Source: Alphaproteobacteria bacterium MarineAlpha12_Bin1
GTDB lineage: Bacteria > Pseudomonadota > Alphaproteobacteria > UBA6615
Length of the DNA: 64,000 nt
Reading direction: 5' to 3'
Assembly (NCBI GenBank): GCA_002937505.1
Contig: PTJY01000003.1
Location: 128,060-192,059 of the forward strand
Shown: in pieces, positions 17,093-28,393 of the stretch
How the letters are laid out: each line of letters starts with the position of its first letter
How positions within the stretch are numbered: the first letter of the stretch is position 1
Translations under genes and position numbers: made by a program
Notes under the pieces: generated by a model
Told to the model about the DNA's origin: nothing
Databases searched by the model: none
What the model saw: the letters and a program-made list of their open reading frames with translations, nothing else

Positions 17093-18120
17093 TCACTTAA
17101 AACCTTCTCAAAAAATTCCAAGTATTTCTCTACCACTACTTTTTCACTGTAGTGCTTTTCATAGTCCTCAAGACCTGCCTCAGAAATATCAATCCTCTTA
17201 TCTGGATTTTCTAGTAGATAATTAACTGACTTAGCAATTTCTTTTGGCTCGTTTATTGGAACCACTAAACCTCTTTCATTATCCCCTAGTAGTTCCTTAG
17301 GTCCCATAGATGCAGTAGCTATGACAGGCTTTTTAGCAGCCCAAGCCTCAATAATTACATTTCCCAACGGCTCATGCCTAGAAGGGCACACAAAAATATC
17401 AGCAGAAGATAGAAACGCATCAGGTTTATCCAACCACCCCAAAAAACGGGTACGCTCACCAATCCCCAATTCTTCAACCAAAGCTTTAAGAGATGATTCC
17501 TCAGGCCCCTCACCTGCAATCCAAAGCCATGCGTCAGGGATATTGGGCATAGATTGAAGCAGAACATCAAACGCTTTATTTTTGTGTAACCTTCCCATCG
17601 CAAAAATAAGTGGGACATTTTCGGGAGTGTCCACAACCGATCTATCAACAGGATCATTGATTGGGGAATTAACAAAATTGGGCAAATGTACAACACGCTC
17701 TGGGTTGAAGCCTTCATTTCTAATATAGTTGACTATATCCGGCGTGTTTCCTATCAAGTAATCACAGCTCTTATAATACTTTAAATTATAGTACCCCCCC
17801 AAACGACCTATATGCGATATTTCTTGTCCAGTAAAAGGAACTTTACTAGCTGCTCTACTCATCCAGCTCAGTATGATATCTGGCCTAAACTTATTAATCT
17901 CTCTTTGAATCTTTATTTTACTATAAACATCTATAAGACCGCCAAAGGAAATTTCTGTTGCCTGAATTCCCTCCGATTGTAGCTCCATGACACGGGATTT
18001 ACTTCTACCAATAATAACTTTTTGATTTATATCTCTAGAATTTAAGGCGACGACCAACCGGACAAAAAATGATTCTGCCCCCCCTACTTTAGATCCTGCT
18101 ATGGCTTGCATTAGACGCAA
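17080..18120 (-). CDS. glycosyltransferase family 1 (GT4)
   Basis: C-terminal EPLGNVIIEAWAAKKPVI motif. 13-nt overlap with the asnB end. Confidence 0.7.
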   Translation of the reverse strand: MRLMQAIAGSKVGGAESFFVRLVVALNSRDINQKVIIGRSKSRVMELQSEGIQATEISFGGLIDVYSKIKIQREINKFRPDIILSWMSRAASKVPFTGQEISHIGRLGGYYNLKYYKSCDYLIGNTPDIVNYIRNEGFNPERVVHLPNFVNSPINDPVDRSVVDTPENVPLIFAMGRLHKNKAFDVLLQSMPNIPDAWLWIAGEGPEESSLKALVEELGIGERTRFLGWLDKPDAFLSSADIFVCPSRHEPLGNVIIEAWAAKKPVIATASMGPKELLGDNERGLVVPINEPKEIAKSVNYLLENPDKRIDISEAGLEDYEKHYSEKVVVEKYLEFFEKVLSECAA

Positions 18121-18237
18121 TATGAAATCACCCTAATTTTGTTTGTGAAAGAAAACAGAATGTATTCTGCTATCGTAATGCACATTATTAACTCTCAAGA
18201 CCCGTCAGATAATATTAGATTTCAAATACAATGTATT

Positions 18238-19215
18238 TTAAATGGTAATTATTTTGTGTTTAAATAACAAATTCTCCACGGCTTCCACAACACTATCAAC
18301 AGTCAATGAATCCATCATATTGTATGAATTATCTGCGCGCTTTACTGGCTTCTTAACTAATTCATGATATGATTTTTCAGTACAAACTGCTTCAGTGTAT
18401 TTACCCCAAGGATGGTAATTTTCTACTCTGCTAGGCCCAAACAAACCTAAAGTAGGAATATTTGCAGCAGCTGCCATATGCATTAAGCCTGAGTCGTTTC
18501 CTATAAATAAAGAACATCTCCTAAGGCAAGCAGAAATAGTATACAAATCCTCTTTTCCTACTAAATTTAAAAGCCTGTCTTGAGCAATACTTTCTAGTAA
18601 TATAGAGGCAGACGTCTCTTCACCTGGTCCTCCTAAAATAGCTATCCTCGCATCCGGGAAAATTGATTTTTCACATGAAACATTAGTGATTCTATTAATC
18701 ACTGAAACGAATCTGTTTACATCCCACATTTTACCCCTCCAATTAGCTGTAGGAGCAACAGCTACAACTGGACCGCCATCAGGTATTAAAGTATTGGCTC
18801 GATTCTCATCTTCAACTGAAGTCCAGAGCACTGGTGAGGGTGGAGAATTTTCTAGCCCTAATGCACGTGAATAAGAAACAACTCTGTGCTCATTTATATC
18901 AAGTGCAGCCTTAGTCACAATTCTGCTTTTTGCCCTTATTACCCATGGAACTATAGAGCGACGAAAGTCTATAACTAAGTCCCAACGTGTCCTATAAACT
19001 TCCAGCCAAACGCCCCACCAGTGGGTTGAAGCGGTCTTCTTAGTAATAGGTATGATTTGATCAAGATTGGGCAGGCTCTTGTAAAGAGGAGCAGATATAG
19101 CTCCGCATGCAACCGTTATCTGAGCCTGAGGGTATGACTTGCTAATATGATCAACTATGCCAGATGAAAGCACAGTATCTCCTATTCTAGTTGGTCCGAT
19201 AATAAGTATTTTCAT
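18238..19215 (-). CDS. GT9 ADP-heptose:LPS heptosyltransferase
   Basis: MKILIIGPTRIGDTVLS N-terminus and 325-aa length are typical of WaaC/WaaF-family GT9 enzymes. Confidence 0.7.
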   Translation of the reverse strand: MKILIIGPTRIGDTVLSSGIVDHISKSYPQAQITVACGAISAPLYKSLPNLDQIIPITKKTASTHWWGVWLEVYRTRWDLVIDFRRSIVPWVIRAKSRIVTKAALDINEHRVVSYSRALGLENSPPSPVLWTSVEDENRANTLIPDGGPVVAVAPTANWRGKMWDVNRFVSVINRITNVSCEKSIFPDARIAILGGPGEETSASILLESIAQDRLLNLVGKEDLYTISACLRRCSLFIGNDSGLMHMAAAANIPTLGLFGPSRVENYHPWGKYTEAVCTEKSYHELVKKPVKRADNSYNMMDSLTVDSVVEAVENLLFKHKIITI

Positions 19216-19358
19216 GATATATACTTATATGCTTCTAACTCTGCTAATACCATTATAATTAAATTAACCAATTAAATTTACTTTGATATTATTAAAGAGG
19301 TTTACTAGCATAAAATTTTATAACCACAAATTTTGATAAAATGGAAGACGCTAATTAG

Positions 19359-20246
19359 ATGACAAAAGCTAAATTTGTAGAGCTTGATCGTGGTCTAGTT
19401 CTAATCACCGGTAAAGATGGAAACGAATTCCTACAAGGGCTAATATCTCAAGACCTGAATAAAATTTCGGACAGTCAATTCGCCTACGGAGCTCTTCTTA
19501 CTCCTCAAGGGAAGTTTCTGCATGACTTTTTTATTATAAAATATAAGGGTCAATTAATCTTGGACTGCGCTAATGGACAACAGAAAGACCTAATCTTATT
19601 GCTAAATCGTTTTAAATTAAGGGCCAATATAGAGCTTAGTGAAATGGATGATCTTTCAGTTTTTTCTGTTTTTGGAGATCAAGCTGCAAGGGCTTTTGAA
19701 CTCGAAGATAAAGCAGGGAAAGCTTTGCTAATAAGTGATGGGGTTGTTTACGTAGACCCAAGATCACCTAGCCTTGGCTGCAGGATGTTAACAACCAAAA
19801 AATCATCAGAAAATACTTTAGAAAAACTACCTATAATTCAGGGAAAATTAGAAGAGTATGATTTGATTAGAATAAAACTTGGTATTCCTGACGCAGAAAA
19901 GGATATTGAGAAAAATAAATCTACCTTACTTGAATGTAACCTTGATAAGTTTAACTGTATCGACTGGGATAAAGGCTGCTATATAGGACAAGAAGTAACT
20001 GCACGAAGTAAATACCGAGGTCTAGTTAAGCGGACGCTTTTAACACTTCACTGCCCAAACAACTATCCAGAAAAGGGCGATACTGTCTTATTAGAAAATA
20101 GAGAAGTAGGAGTTATAAAGTCTTCTTGCGAAGAATTTGCAATTGCACTTATACGACTAGATACGCTGGAAAACGACAATATAAACCATAACCTAACCAG
20201 CGCTGGTAACCCTATATTAATATATCGGCTCCCAATAGAAAATTAA
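19359..20246 (+). CDS. ygfZ: YgfZ/CAF17 folate-binding Fe-S cluster repair / tRNA-modification protein
   Basis: KGCYIGQE signature motif. 295 aa. Confidence 0.7.
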   Translation: MTKAKFVELDRGLVLITGKDGNEFLQGLISQDLNKISDSQFAYGALLTPQGKFLHDFFIIKYKGQLILDCANGQQKDLILLLNRFKLRANIELSEMDDLSVFSVFGDQAARAFELEDKAGKALLISDGVVYVDPRSPSLGCRMLTTKKSSENTLEKLPIIQGKLEEYDLIRIKLGIPDAEKDIEKNKSTLLECNLDKFNCIDWDKGCYIGQEVTARSKYRGLVKRTLLTLHCPNNYPEKGDTVLLENREVGVIKSSCEEFAIALIRLDTLENDNINHNLTSAGNPILIYRLPIEN

Positions 20247-20433
20247 TTAAATTCAAAACTTAGTTGGAATATCACTAACGTTTGCACCAATGATTAAAGT
20301 TGTTATCTGTCATGCGTAATTTGCATGCTATTGTGATTGAATAGTAATAGTTGCTGACCTATATATATAATAATAAATAAGTCAGCTCTAATCATAAAAG
20401 AGGGTTAGAAGCATACAAATAACAGAAAGTATT

Positions 20434-20586
20434 ATGATGAAAAATGAATATCAGCACTTAAGTGAAATTGAGATTATAAAAATGGCTGAGCTGGAACGTA
20501 GCAAAGCTATAAGTAAGTTCATAAAAAGCGTTTTCAGCAAAAAGAAGAATGTTAGGATCCCTTCTAACTCCATCCCAGCAGAGTAA
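20434..20586 (+). CDS. possible 50-aa small protein (MMKNEYQHLSEIEIIKMAELERSKAISKFIKSVFSKKKNVRIPSNSIPAE)
   Basis: Only open frame in a 417-bp gap. Weak SD-like AGAAAG. Ends 27 nt before a strong hairpin. Absent from the ORF track because it is shorter than 60 aa. Confidence 0.2.
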   Translation: MMKNEYQHLSEIEIIKMAELERSKAISKFIKSVFSKKKNVRIPSNSIPAE

Positions 20587-20612
20587 ACCATCTGAAATTT
20601 AGAATTTTTAAA

Positions 20613-20644
20613 ATAGCCATTACTAAATCTGTAGTAATGGCTAT
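20613..20644. terminator. bidirectional hairpin terminator (ATAGCCATTACT-N8-AGTAATGGCTAT)
   Basis: Perfect 12-bp stem, T-rich on both sides. About 20 nt past the ppdK stop on the minus strand. Confidence 0.55.
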
Positions 20645-20663
20645 TTTATAATGAATCATGAAA

Positions 20664-23378
20664 TCATTCAGAAGAACTAGCCTGAGCAGCAGCCAACCTA
20701 GCAATAGGGACCCGGTATGGTGAACAAGAAACATAGTCAAGACCTATTGATTCACAAAAACTCACAGATTTAGGATCTCCACCGTGTTCTCCACATATGC
20801 CTAGCTTTATTTCTGGACGTTTTTCACGTCCTCGCTCACAACCGATCCTAATCAGCTCTCCAACACCATCGATGTCTATAGTTACAAAAGGGTCAACGTT
20901 TAAAATCCCATAATGTTGATAATCTGGAAGAAAGCTCGCAGCATCATCTCTGCTAATTCCAAAGGTGGTTTGTGTTAGATCATTCGTTCCAAAACTAAAG
21001 AATTCTGCTTCTTCTGCTAATTCATCTGCTCTCAGTGCAGCCCGTGGCAGCTCTATCATTGTACCAATAGTGTATTTTATTGTTTGTTTTCTCTTCTTAA
21101 AAACAGCATCAGCTATTGAATCTATCTTTTTCTTGAGTATCTCTAGTTCAACACTTGTAGCAGCCAAAGGAATCATAATTTCGGGAATTACAGAACTTTC
21201 TTTCTTATCCGAAACGATTAGACAGGCTTCAAAAATTGCTTTTGCCTGCATTTCATATATTTCGGGATAGGTAATCCCCAGTCGGCATCCTCTGTGTCCG
21301 AGCATTGGATTTGATTCTTTAAGCTTCGTAGCTATTTCCCTTATCTCCTCGGCCGTCTTTCCCGAAACTTTTGCAACTTCATAAATCTCCTCATCAGAGT
21401 GAGGCAAAAACTCGTGAAGAGGAGGATCCAACAAACGAATTGTTACTGGCAATCCAGACATGATTTCAAAAAGTTTGACGAAGTCTTTTCTCTGATACGG
21501 TAAGATCTGATCCAAAGCCCTGCGACGCCCTGTTTCATCGTCCGACATTATCATTTGGCGAACAGCCACAATTCGTTCCGGATCAAAAAACATGTGTTCT
21601 GTCCGGCACAAACCAATGCCCTCTGCTCCAAATTTACGAGCTATTTCGGCATCAGTTGGAGTTTCTGCATTAGCTCGAACTCTCATGCGACGCAAACTAT
21701 CTGCCCACTCCATCAAAAGATAGAAGCCCCCGGATAAATCTGGCTCAACTGTCGGAATTGAGCCCTCTATTAACTCACCTTCCGCTCCATCTATGGTCAC
21801 CAAATCCCCAGAAACGAAACTTCTTCCTCCAACTGTCATCACTCCTTTATCATAGTCTATCGATACTTCTGTAGCGCCAACGACACAGGGCCTACCCATA
21901 CCTCTTGCAACGACCGCGGCATGACTGGTCATCCCTCCCCTTGTAGTTAGAATGCCACGAGCCGCGTGCATGCCGTGAATGTCTTCAGGGCTCGTCTCTA
22001 TTCTCACCAAAATTACATCCTCACCCTTCTGGGACATGTCTTCAGCCATATCAGCACTAAAAACGATTTTACCAGATGCCGCCCCTGGTGAGGCAGGAAG
22101 GCCTCGGGTTAATACATTCCGAGAGGAACCAGGATCTAAGCGAGGATGCAAAAGCTGTTCTAACTGAGAGGGCTCAACTCTGTGAATAGCCTCTTTCTTG
22201 GAAATAACACCCTCTTCAACCATCTCAACAGCAATTCTAACTGCAGCTGCGGCGGTACGTTTTCCAGAGCGTGTTTGTAATATATACAGCTTTTCTTTTT
22301 GAACTGTGAACTCAATATCCTGCATATCCTTATAATGAAGCTCAAGGATGTTACGTATATCTAGGAGTTTTTTAAAAACTTCTGGCATGGATTCTTCCAT
22401 AGATATGCCTTGTGAGTTAATCTGATTTTTCCCAGAAATAGTTAGGTGTTGAGGAGTTCGAATACCAGCAACTACATCCTCACCCTGTGCATTTGATAAA
22501 TATTCACCGTAGAATATGTTCTCACCAGTGGACGGATCGCGCGTAAACGCCACACCAGTTGCACAATCCTCACCCATATTTCCAAATACCATAGCTTGAA
22601 TATTAACTGCTGTACCCCAGTCGGCTGGTATATCGTGTAATTTACGGTATGTTTTGGCCCTCTGATTCATCCAAGAACCAAACACAGCCTTGATCGCAAG
22701 CCATAATTGCTTTTTTGGGTCCTGAGGAAACGGTTCTCCTAATTCATGTAGAACAATCTCTTTGTATTTTTTGACAACCAAACACATATCGTCAGCAGTG
22801 AGTTCTGTATCTAAAGTAACCCCAGCATCTAATTTAATATTATCTAAAGCCTCTTCAAAAAGATAATGTTCAATTCCAAGTACGACGTCGCCAAACATTT
22901 GTATGAACCTACGATAACTGTCATAAGCAAAACGTACATCAACTGATCTTGTTGCAAGCCCCTCAACGGTCTTATCATTCAAACCTAGATTTAGAACAGT
23001 ATCCATCATCCCAGGCATCGATGCCCGTGATCCAGATCTGACTGAAACTAAAAGCGGATTATTTGAGTCGCCAAATATACACCCAACAGACTTTTCAACC
23101 AAAGAAAGATGCTGGTCAACTAATTCAGAGAGATCATCGGGAAAACTATTGCTATTATCATAGTAGTAGGCACACACATCAGTCGTAATTGTGAATCCTG
23201 GTGGCACCGGTAGCCCGAGGTTACTCATCTCAGCTAGATTAGCCCCTTTTCCTCCCAATAAGTTTCTCATCCCAGAGTGTCCATCAGCCCTGCCGTTGCC
23301 AAAGCCAAACACCCAATCCGATTTCGTACTATTATTTTCTAGTTTTTCAGCCTTCAATTTTTGAGAAGTCAGCGACAT
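20664..23378 (-). CDS. ppdK: pyruvate, phosphate dikinase
   Basis: 904 aa. GGKGANLAEM, phosphohistidine region GGMTSHAAVVARGMG, PEP-utilising C-terminal domain. Confidence 0.9.
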   Translation of the reverse strand: MSLTSQKLKAEKLENNSTKSDWVFGFGNGRADGHSGMRNLLGGKGANLAEMSNLGLPVPPGFTITTDVCAYYYDNSNSFPDDLSELVDQHLSLVEKSVGCIFGDSNNPLLVSVRSGSRASMPGMMDTVLNLGLNDKTVEGLATRSVDVRFAYDSYRRFIQMFGDVVLGIEHYLFEEALDNIKLDAGVTLDTELTADDMCLVVKKYKEIVLHELGEPFPQDPKKQLWLAIKAVFGSWMNQRAKTYRKLHDIPADWGTAVNIQAMVFGNMGEDCATGVAFTRDPSTGENIFYGEYLSNAQGEDVVAGIRTPQHLTISGKNQINSQGISMEESMPEVFKKLLDIRNILELHYKDMQDIEFTVQKEKLYILQTRSGKRTAAAAVRIAVEMVEEGVISKKEAIHRVEPSQLEQLLHPRLDPGSSRNVLTRGLPASPGAASGKIVFSADMAEDMSQKGEDVILVRIETSPEDIHGMHAARGILTTRGGMTSHAAVVARGMGRPCVVGATEVSIDYDKGVMTVGGRSFVSGDLVTIDGAEGELIEGSIPTVEPDLSGGFYLLMEWADSLRRMRVRANAETPTDAEIARKFGAEGIGLCRTEHMFFDPERIVAVRQMIMSDDETGRRRALDQILPYQRKDFVKLFEIMSGLPVTIRLLDPPLHEFLPHSDEEIYEVAKVSGKTAEEIREIATKLKESNPMLGHRGCRLGITYPEIYEMQAKAIFEACLIVSDKKESSVIPEIMIPLAATSVELEILKKKIDSIADAVFKKRKQTIKYTIGTMIELPRAALRADELAEEAEFFSFGTNDLTQTTFGISRDDAASFLPDYQHYGILNVDPFVTIDIDGVGELIRIGCERGREKRPEIKLGICGEHGGDPKSVSFCESIGLDYVSCSPYRVPIARLAAAQASSSE

Positions 23379-25428
23379 TATCCATTACCTGCTGAATTTG
23401 TGTACATAAACATAATCTGTTGTTCCTAATTTCCAAGTCTTCTACATTTACTTTTACATTTTCAAAAAAATTATCTACTGGTTTTCTGAGAAGCGCTAGA
23501 GAAGCCATTGCCTCAACAAACTTCTCTTTTTTTACAAGTTCAGTTACTTTTGATTTAGTAGCTACCATAGCTCTCCACAACTCCGCCTCTAATTTTCCTT
23601 CAGCATCAACTGATAGATTAGGATCGTACGATTCACCACTAAAATCTTTCTTATCCTTTTTTTCCTCCTGTCGCACAATGTTTGCCGCTCGCCGATAAGC
23701 CACCAGTAAGTTGGCTCCATCCTCAGATTTTAAAAACGCTGATAACGCCTTAACTCTTTCTAATAATCTCAATAAATCATCTTCTGCCGATAAAGAAAAT
23801 ATCGCTTCGATGTGACTATGCAGCACACCCTCTTCGCGCAAGTGAACTTTAAGCCTATCTGCCATGAAAACCATTAAGTCATCAGGCACCCCATCGGTTT
23901 TAATTTCATACAAATCGCTGGAAATAGAAAATAAAAATTGTAGGGAAAACCGTAATTTATTCTCCAGCACCAAACGAATAATACCTAGAGCTGCTCTACG
24001 TAGAGCATAAGGATCCTTTGAACCAGTTGGCTTCTCATTTATAGCCCAAAAGCCTACCAAGGTATCAATCTTATCAGCCAACGACACGGTAATGCTTGTT
24101 GTCTCGCTGGGGCACTTATCACCGGGGCCTAATGGTGAATAATGCTCAGCTATTGCTGTAGCCACTTCAGAAGATTCATCATCAGAAAGTGAGTAATATT
24201 TTCCTATAGTGCCCTGCAACTCAGGAAACTCTCCCACCATCCCAGTCACCAAGTCTGCTTTAGCCAACCTTGAAGCTCTCCCAATTATCTCCTCATTGGC
24301 TTCAGGTATTTCTTTCGCAATGTGAATAGATAATTTAGTTATACGATTAACTTTTGATCCTAAACTTCCTAATTTTGCATGAAACACCACCTTATCCAGG
24401 GATGGGACTAAATCATCAAGAGACTTCTTTCTATCCTGGTCCCAGAAATGTTGAGCGTCAGATAATCTGGCCCTAAGCACACGTTGATTTCCTGTTATTA
24501 TATCTTTTCCGCCGTCCTGGACTGATATATTAGATACAAAAGCAAACTTGGAGGCCAATTTTCCATTAGGAAGTTCAAGCGCAAAATATTTTTGATGAGT
24601 TCGCATAGATGCAATTAAGACTTCCATAGGTAAGCCCATAAACTGTTCATCAATATTTCCAATTAACACTTCAGGCCATTCAACTAATCCAGCCACTTCA
24701 TCAATCAAACTATTGTCTTGCTTAACAGAAAGACCAAATTTTTCAGCCTTTTTCTTGAGAGAATCAGCAATAAAGGTTTTTCTATCTTCTCGATTAATAA
24801 GAACGAAACTTTTTTCTAACTGTTTGAGATAATCATCTTCGTTTTTTACTTTAATTATTCCAGGTGCTAGAAATCTATGGCCATATGTATGATCATTAAA
24901 TTCTAGACTCCCGCCTTCTAAATCAAGCTTACCGGCTATGGGCCTCTCATCAAACACTGCCAATATATTTCGAAGTGGACGAACCCAACGAAAACGACTA
25001 TCAGCCCATCTCATTGACCGAGTCCAAGACACCTTGCCTATGGCGACCTCGATAAGATCCGCTAGGATGTTTTTCAGATGTAATCCTCTAATCTCAATTA
25101 CGGCCACATAAAAAGTTCCCTTTTTATCTTCACGTAACTCACACTCATCCAAAGAAACACCATTAGCAACCAGAAAACCATTTATAGCCTTCATAGGAGC
25201 ATCAGCCCTGGGTCCCTTTCGCTCAATTTTTCGATCAGACTGCAAAGTCGGTAGACCATTCACCACTATAGAAATACGTCGAGGAGTGGAAAAGATCCTT
25301 GTGTCTGAATGATTAATTTCTAATTCTTCAAGAGCAGATATTATATTATCAGAGAGCTGATTAGCGACCATTTCCTGAAGGCCAGCAGGCATTTCTTCCG
25401 ATAGCAATTCCAAAAGTAGGTCAGGCAT
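23347..25428 (-). CDS. glyS: glycine--tRNA ligase beta subunit
   Basis: 693 aa. N-terminus [16 protein letters not shown] is typical of GlyS. Overlaps glyQ by 8 nt. Confidence 0.9.
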   Translation of the reverse strand: MPDLLLELLSEEMPAGLQEMVANQLSDNIISALEELEINHSDTRIFSTPRRISIVVNGLPTLQSDRKIERKGPRADAPMKAINGFLVANGVSLDECELREDKKGTFYVAVIEIRGLHLKNILADLIEVAIGKVSWTRSMRWADSRFRWVRPLRNILAVFDERPIAGKLDLEGGSLEFNDHTYGHRFLAPGIIKVKNEDDYLKQLEKSFVLINREDRKTFIADSLKKKAEKFGLSVKQDNSLIDEVAGLVEWPEVLIGNIDEQFMGLPMEVLIASMRTHQKYFALELPNGKLASKFAFVSNISVQDGGKDIITGNQRVLRARLSDAQHFWDQDRKKSLDDLVPSLDKVVFHAKLGSLGSKVNRITKLSIHIAKEIPEANEEIIGRASRLAKADLVTGMVGEFPELQGTIGKYYSLSDDESSEVATAIAEHYSPLGPGDKCPSETTSITVSLADKIDTLVGFWAINEKPTGSKDPYALRRAALGIIRLVLENKLRFSLQFLFSISSDLYEIKTDGVPDDLMVFMADRLKVHLREEGVLHSHIEAIFSLSAEDDLLRLLERVKALSAFLKSEDGANLLVAYRRAANIVRQEEKKDKKDFSGESYDPNLSVDAEGKLEAELWRAMVATKSKVTELVKKEKFVEAMASLALLRKPVDNFFENVKVNVEDLEIRNNRLCLCTQIQQVMDNVADFSKIEG

Positions 25429-26326
25429 TTTTTCTATTTTTTTTATCTCGAGTCTTTAGCCAAGATTGACAACAAGTTTTAGCAAGTTCACGAACACGCA
25501 ATATATATGATTGTCGTTCGGTAACAGAAATAACGCCTCGCGCATCTAAAATATTGAAAATGTGACTTGCTTTAATACATTGATCATAAGCTGGCAAAGT
25601 TAGCCCAGAATCTATAAGTGAATTACACTCCGTCTCTGCGTCAACGAAATGACGCATTAACAGCTCAGTATTAGCTATATCAAAATTATAAATACTATAC
25701 TCTCTTTCAGAATCAAGAAAAACATCTCCATATTTAACACCACTATTATTGAATCTAAGATCGTATACGTTCTCTACCTCTTGCACATACATGGCCAATC
25801 TCTCTAACCCATAGGTTAATTCAACAGCAACCGGATCACAGTCAAAACCTCCTACTTGTTGGAAATATGTAAACTGACTGACTTCCATTCCATCGCACCA
25901 CACCTCCCAGCCAAGACCCCAGGCCCCCAGAGTCGGACTCTCCCAATCATCTTCAACAAAACGAATATCATGCAAGGCAGAGTCAATTCCTATTGTAGCC
26001 AAGCTTTGCAAATAAAGGTCCTGACAGTCATCAGGAGATGGTTTAAGAACCACCTGAAATTGATAATAGTGTTGTAAACGGTTAGGGTTTTCTCCGTATC
26101 TACCGTCAGTAGGCCGGCGAGACGGTTGTACATATGCTGCCCTCCACTTGTCGGGGCCTAAAACCCTTAATGCCGTAGCCGGATGAAAAGTGCCTGCACC
26201 AACTTCCATATCATATGGCTGTAAAATCAAACAATCTTGTGCAGACCAAAATGTCTGCAAAGATAATATTAGATCCTGGAAACTACTAGCTCCACTCACT
26301 GTCTCTTTTGGCCCTGATGACATCAT
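25421..26326 (-). CDS. glyQ: glycine--tRNA ligase alpha subunit
   Basis: 301 aa. [12 protein letters not shown] ... [28 protein letters not shown] is highly conserved GlyQ sequence. Confidence 0.9.
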   Translation of the reverse strand: MMSSGPKETVSGASSFQDLILSLQTFWSAQDCLILQPYDMEVGAGTFHPATALRVLGPDKWRAAYVQPSRRPTDGRYGENPNRLQHYYQFQVVLKPSPDDCQDLYLQSLATIGIDSALHDIRFVEDDWESPTLGAWGLGWEVWCDGMEVSQFTYFQQVGGFDCDPVAVELTYGLERLAMYVQEVENVYDLRFNNSGVKYGDVFLDSEREYSIYNFDIANTELLMRHFVDAETECNSLIDSGLTLPAYDQCIKASHIFNILDARGVISVTERQSYILRVRELAKTCCQSWLKTRDKKNRKNA

Positions 26327-26467
26327 ATCTTAATGACTATGCCAACCACTTAGCGCCAGCAATCAGTATTAGTAGTCATTATAGAATCAAGCATCTGAAA
26401 TTTCCTTCATAAATAATAATCTAGTTAAGGTTAAACAAAATAAAAACTAGTTAACCTAATTAACAGT

Positions 26468-26674
26468 TTACTCCTTATCGGATTGTTCGTCCTTAACTTT
26501 AACCACATATGAATCTGTTTCAGAATCATAAACAGTATCTACGTGATTCTCGTCACCCGAGTCACTATCAGAATCACTAACTTTAATTTTACGGGTAACG
26601 ATCTTAGCTCCGTAAATAACTACAATCAGTATTATAGCTAATACAGCAATTTTTCCGGGTGAAAATCCAAACAT
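26468..26674 (-). CDS. small membrane protein with N-terminal TM helix and acidic Ser/Asp-rich tail (possibly LapA/DUF1049-like)
   Basis: 68 aa. IAVLAIILIVVIYGAKIV helix followed by SDSDSDSGDE. Same strand, immediately downstream of sppA. Confidence 0.3.
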   Translation of the reverse strand: MFGFSPGKIAVLAIILIVVIYGAKIVTRKIKVSDSDSDSGDENHVDTVYDSETDSYVVKVKDEQSDKE

Positions 26675-26716
26675 ATCAGTGAAGTGACGCCTTTTTTAGA
26701 TTTAGGTTAATACTAA

Positions 26717-27595
26717 TTAAAGTCCGAATCGACTCCAAATCAGTCTTTCTTCTATAGTTTGTATAGCACAGTCTATAATTGTATCGTGAGCATGATGGCC
26801 TTTTAAAGCTACAACAGACCCTATACCAAAACGATCTTTGATCCAGCTTTTTCTGAGCGGAATTTCTTTAAATTTAACATTACTTCCAAAACGTTCTTTC
26901 ATAATAGAATGCAAATCACCTATACCATCTATCAACCCCAATTCTGTGGCTTGGACCCCAGTCCAAAACTCTCCAGAAAATAGAACTTCATCTGATTCTT
27001 TAATCTTATCTGATCTCCTGGAACGAACTAACTCCTTGAAACTGTCATGTATTATTTTCTGAACTGATTTAAGACGATCTATATCTTCCGCTTTTTCAGC
27101 CTGAAAAGGATCCAAAGCCCCTTTATTTTCACCTGCAGAATAAACTCTTCGCTCAATACCGTACTTTTCGATTAAATTATTAAAACCAAAACCACTAAAA
27201 ATAACCCCAATTGATCCTAGAATAGAAGAAGAGTCTGCATAAATCTCATCCGCAGAACAAGCTAGCCAGTAGCCACCAGAAGCAGCGACATCCTCAGCAA
27301 AAGCAATAACCGGAATACCTTTTTCGTCAGCTAACGACCTAACTCGCTTTGCTATAAGTGATGACTGGACCGGAGAACCGCCTGGAGAATTAATAGCCAA
27401 TGCCACAGCACATACGTCTGGCGCATTAAAAGCCCTTTGTAATGGTGTCTCCAAGTTTGATAGGTTTATGTTGGAAGACCTTAAGCTGGCACGCCCGCTA
27501 GCTATTACTCCTTCCATCCTCACAATACTAACTACTTGATACGATTTTCTTAATCGTTTAGGTAAAAGTTTTGTAAAAGGCCTTAATATTCCCAT
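26717..27595 (-). CDS. sppA: signal peptide peptidase SppA (S49 family, short form)
   Basis: Catalytic Ser context AASGGYWLA and downstream Lys region. 292 aa. Confidence 0.8.
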   Translation of the reverse strand: MGILRPFTKLLPKRLRKSYQVVSIVRMEGVIASGRASLRSSNINLSNLETPLQRAFNAPDVCAVALAINSPGGSPVQSSLIAKRVRSLADEKGIPVIAFAEDVAASGGYWLACSADEIYADSSSILGSIGVIFSGFGFNNLIEKYGIERRVYSAGENKGALDPFQAEKAEDIDRLKSVQKIIHDSFKELVRSRRSDKIKESDEVLFSGEFWTGVQATELGLIDGIGDLHSIMKERFGSNVKFKEIPLRKSWIKDRFGIGSVVALKGHHAHDTIIDCAIQTIEERLIWSRFGL

Positions 27596-27628
27596 AGCTT
27601 TGTTCCAAAATAAATTATTATCAACAGC

Positions 27629-28393
27629 TCATACCAATAAAGGCATGCCATTTTCAAGTATATGGCTAACCTCTTTGGTATATGCTCCGTCACTTTCGTG
27701 CAATACTAAACCAGACGACAACCGCAAAGGTGTCGAAACCCCTTTTCTGGCTGATATAATCACTCTCTTAGCCGAACGGCCATGTTTTGGCCAAAGAGGA
27801 AAAACAACAATTTCTCCTGCATGCTTGTCCAGTATAGAAAGTATTTCTTCCAAGCGATCAGCTCTATGAATTAACGTTAGACGACCTTTTGGTTTGAGTG
27901 CAAGTGTCATTGCTTTTATCCATAAAGATAAATCAGCGTCGCCCTCTACATTAGCAAAATCATTTTCCCTTATAGAGAACTCCCTACGATCTGAACGTGA
28001 AACTTGTAGATATGGCGGATTCGAAAAAACATGGTCGAAGCCTTGTTGCAAAATTTGAACAGGAAGATCAGCAACATCAGCATTTACAAAAGTAACGAAA
28101 TTGTCGAGTTTGTTTAAAAGTGTATTTTCTCTGGACAGAAACAACATATCTTGATTGTTTTCAATGCCAATAATTTTACATCCAGAAACTCTTTTTAACA
28201 AACACAATGATGCAGCGCCTGTTCCACTACCCAATTCAAGTAAATGTTCCCCTTCTACTGCTGGTATAGACGCAGCCAAAAGAACTGAATCTATAGACAC
28301 ACGATACCCCTTAGATGGTTGTTTCAAGCAGACCCGCCCGCCTAACAACCAATCCTTTGTAAAATAAATATCGTTTATACCCACTTCCTCCAT
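27629..28393 (-). CDS. N6-adenine methyltransferase, likely tRNA1(Val) m6A37 methyltransferase-like (TrmN6/YfiC family)
   Basis: SAM-binding LELGSGTGAASL and catalytic NPPY tetrapeptide (VFSNPPYL). 254 aa. Confidence 0.6.
   Translation of the reverse strand: MEEVGINDIYFTKDWLLGGRVCLKQPSKGYRVSIDSVLLAASIPAVEGEHLLELGSGTGAASLCLLKRVSGCKIIGIENNQDMLFLSRENTLLNKLDNFVTFVNADVADLPVQILQQGFDHVFSNPPYLQVSRSDRREFSIRENDFANVEGDADLSLWIKAMTLALKPKGRLTLIHRADRLEEILSILDKHAGEIVVFPLWPKHGRSAKRVIISARKGVSTPLRLSSGLVLHESDGAYTKEVSHILENGMPLLV

Noticed and set aside
23347-23378. 32-nt overlap between the glyS 3' end and the ppdK 5' end, as a possible frameshift or pseudogene
   Set aside because: Both proteins are full length with intact N- and C-terminal motifs. 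Short same-strand overlaps are common in compact genomes.
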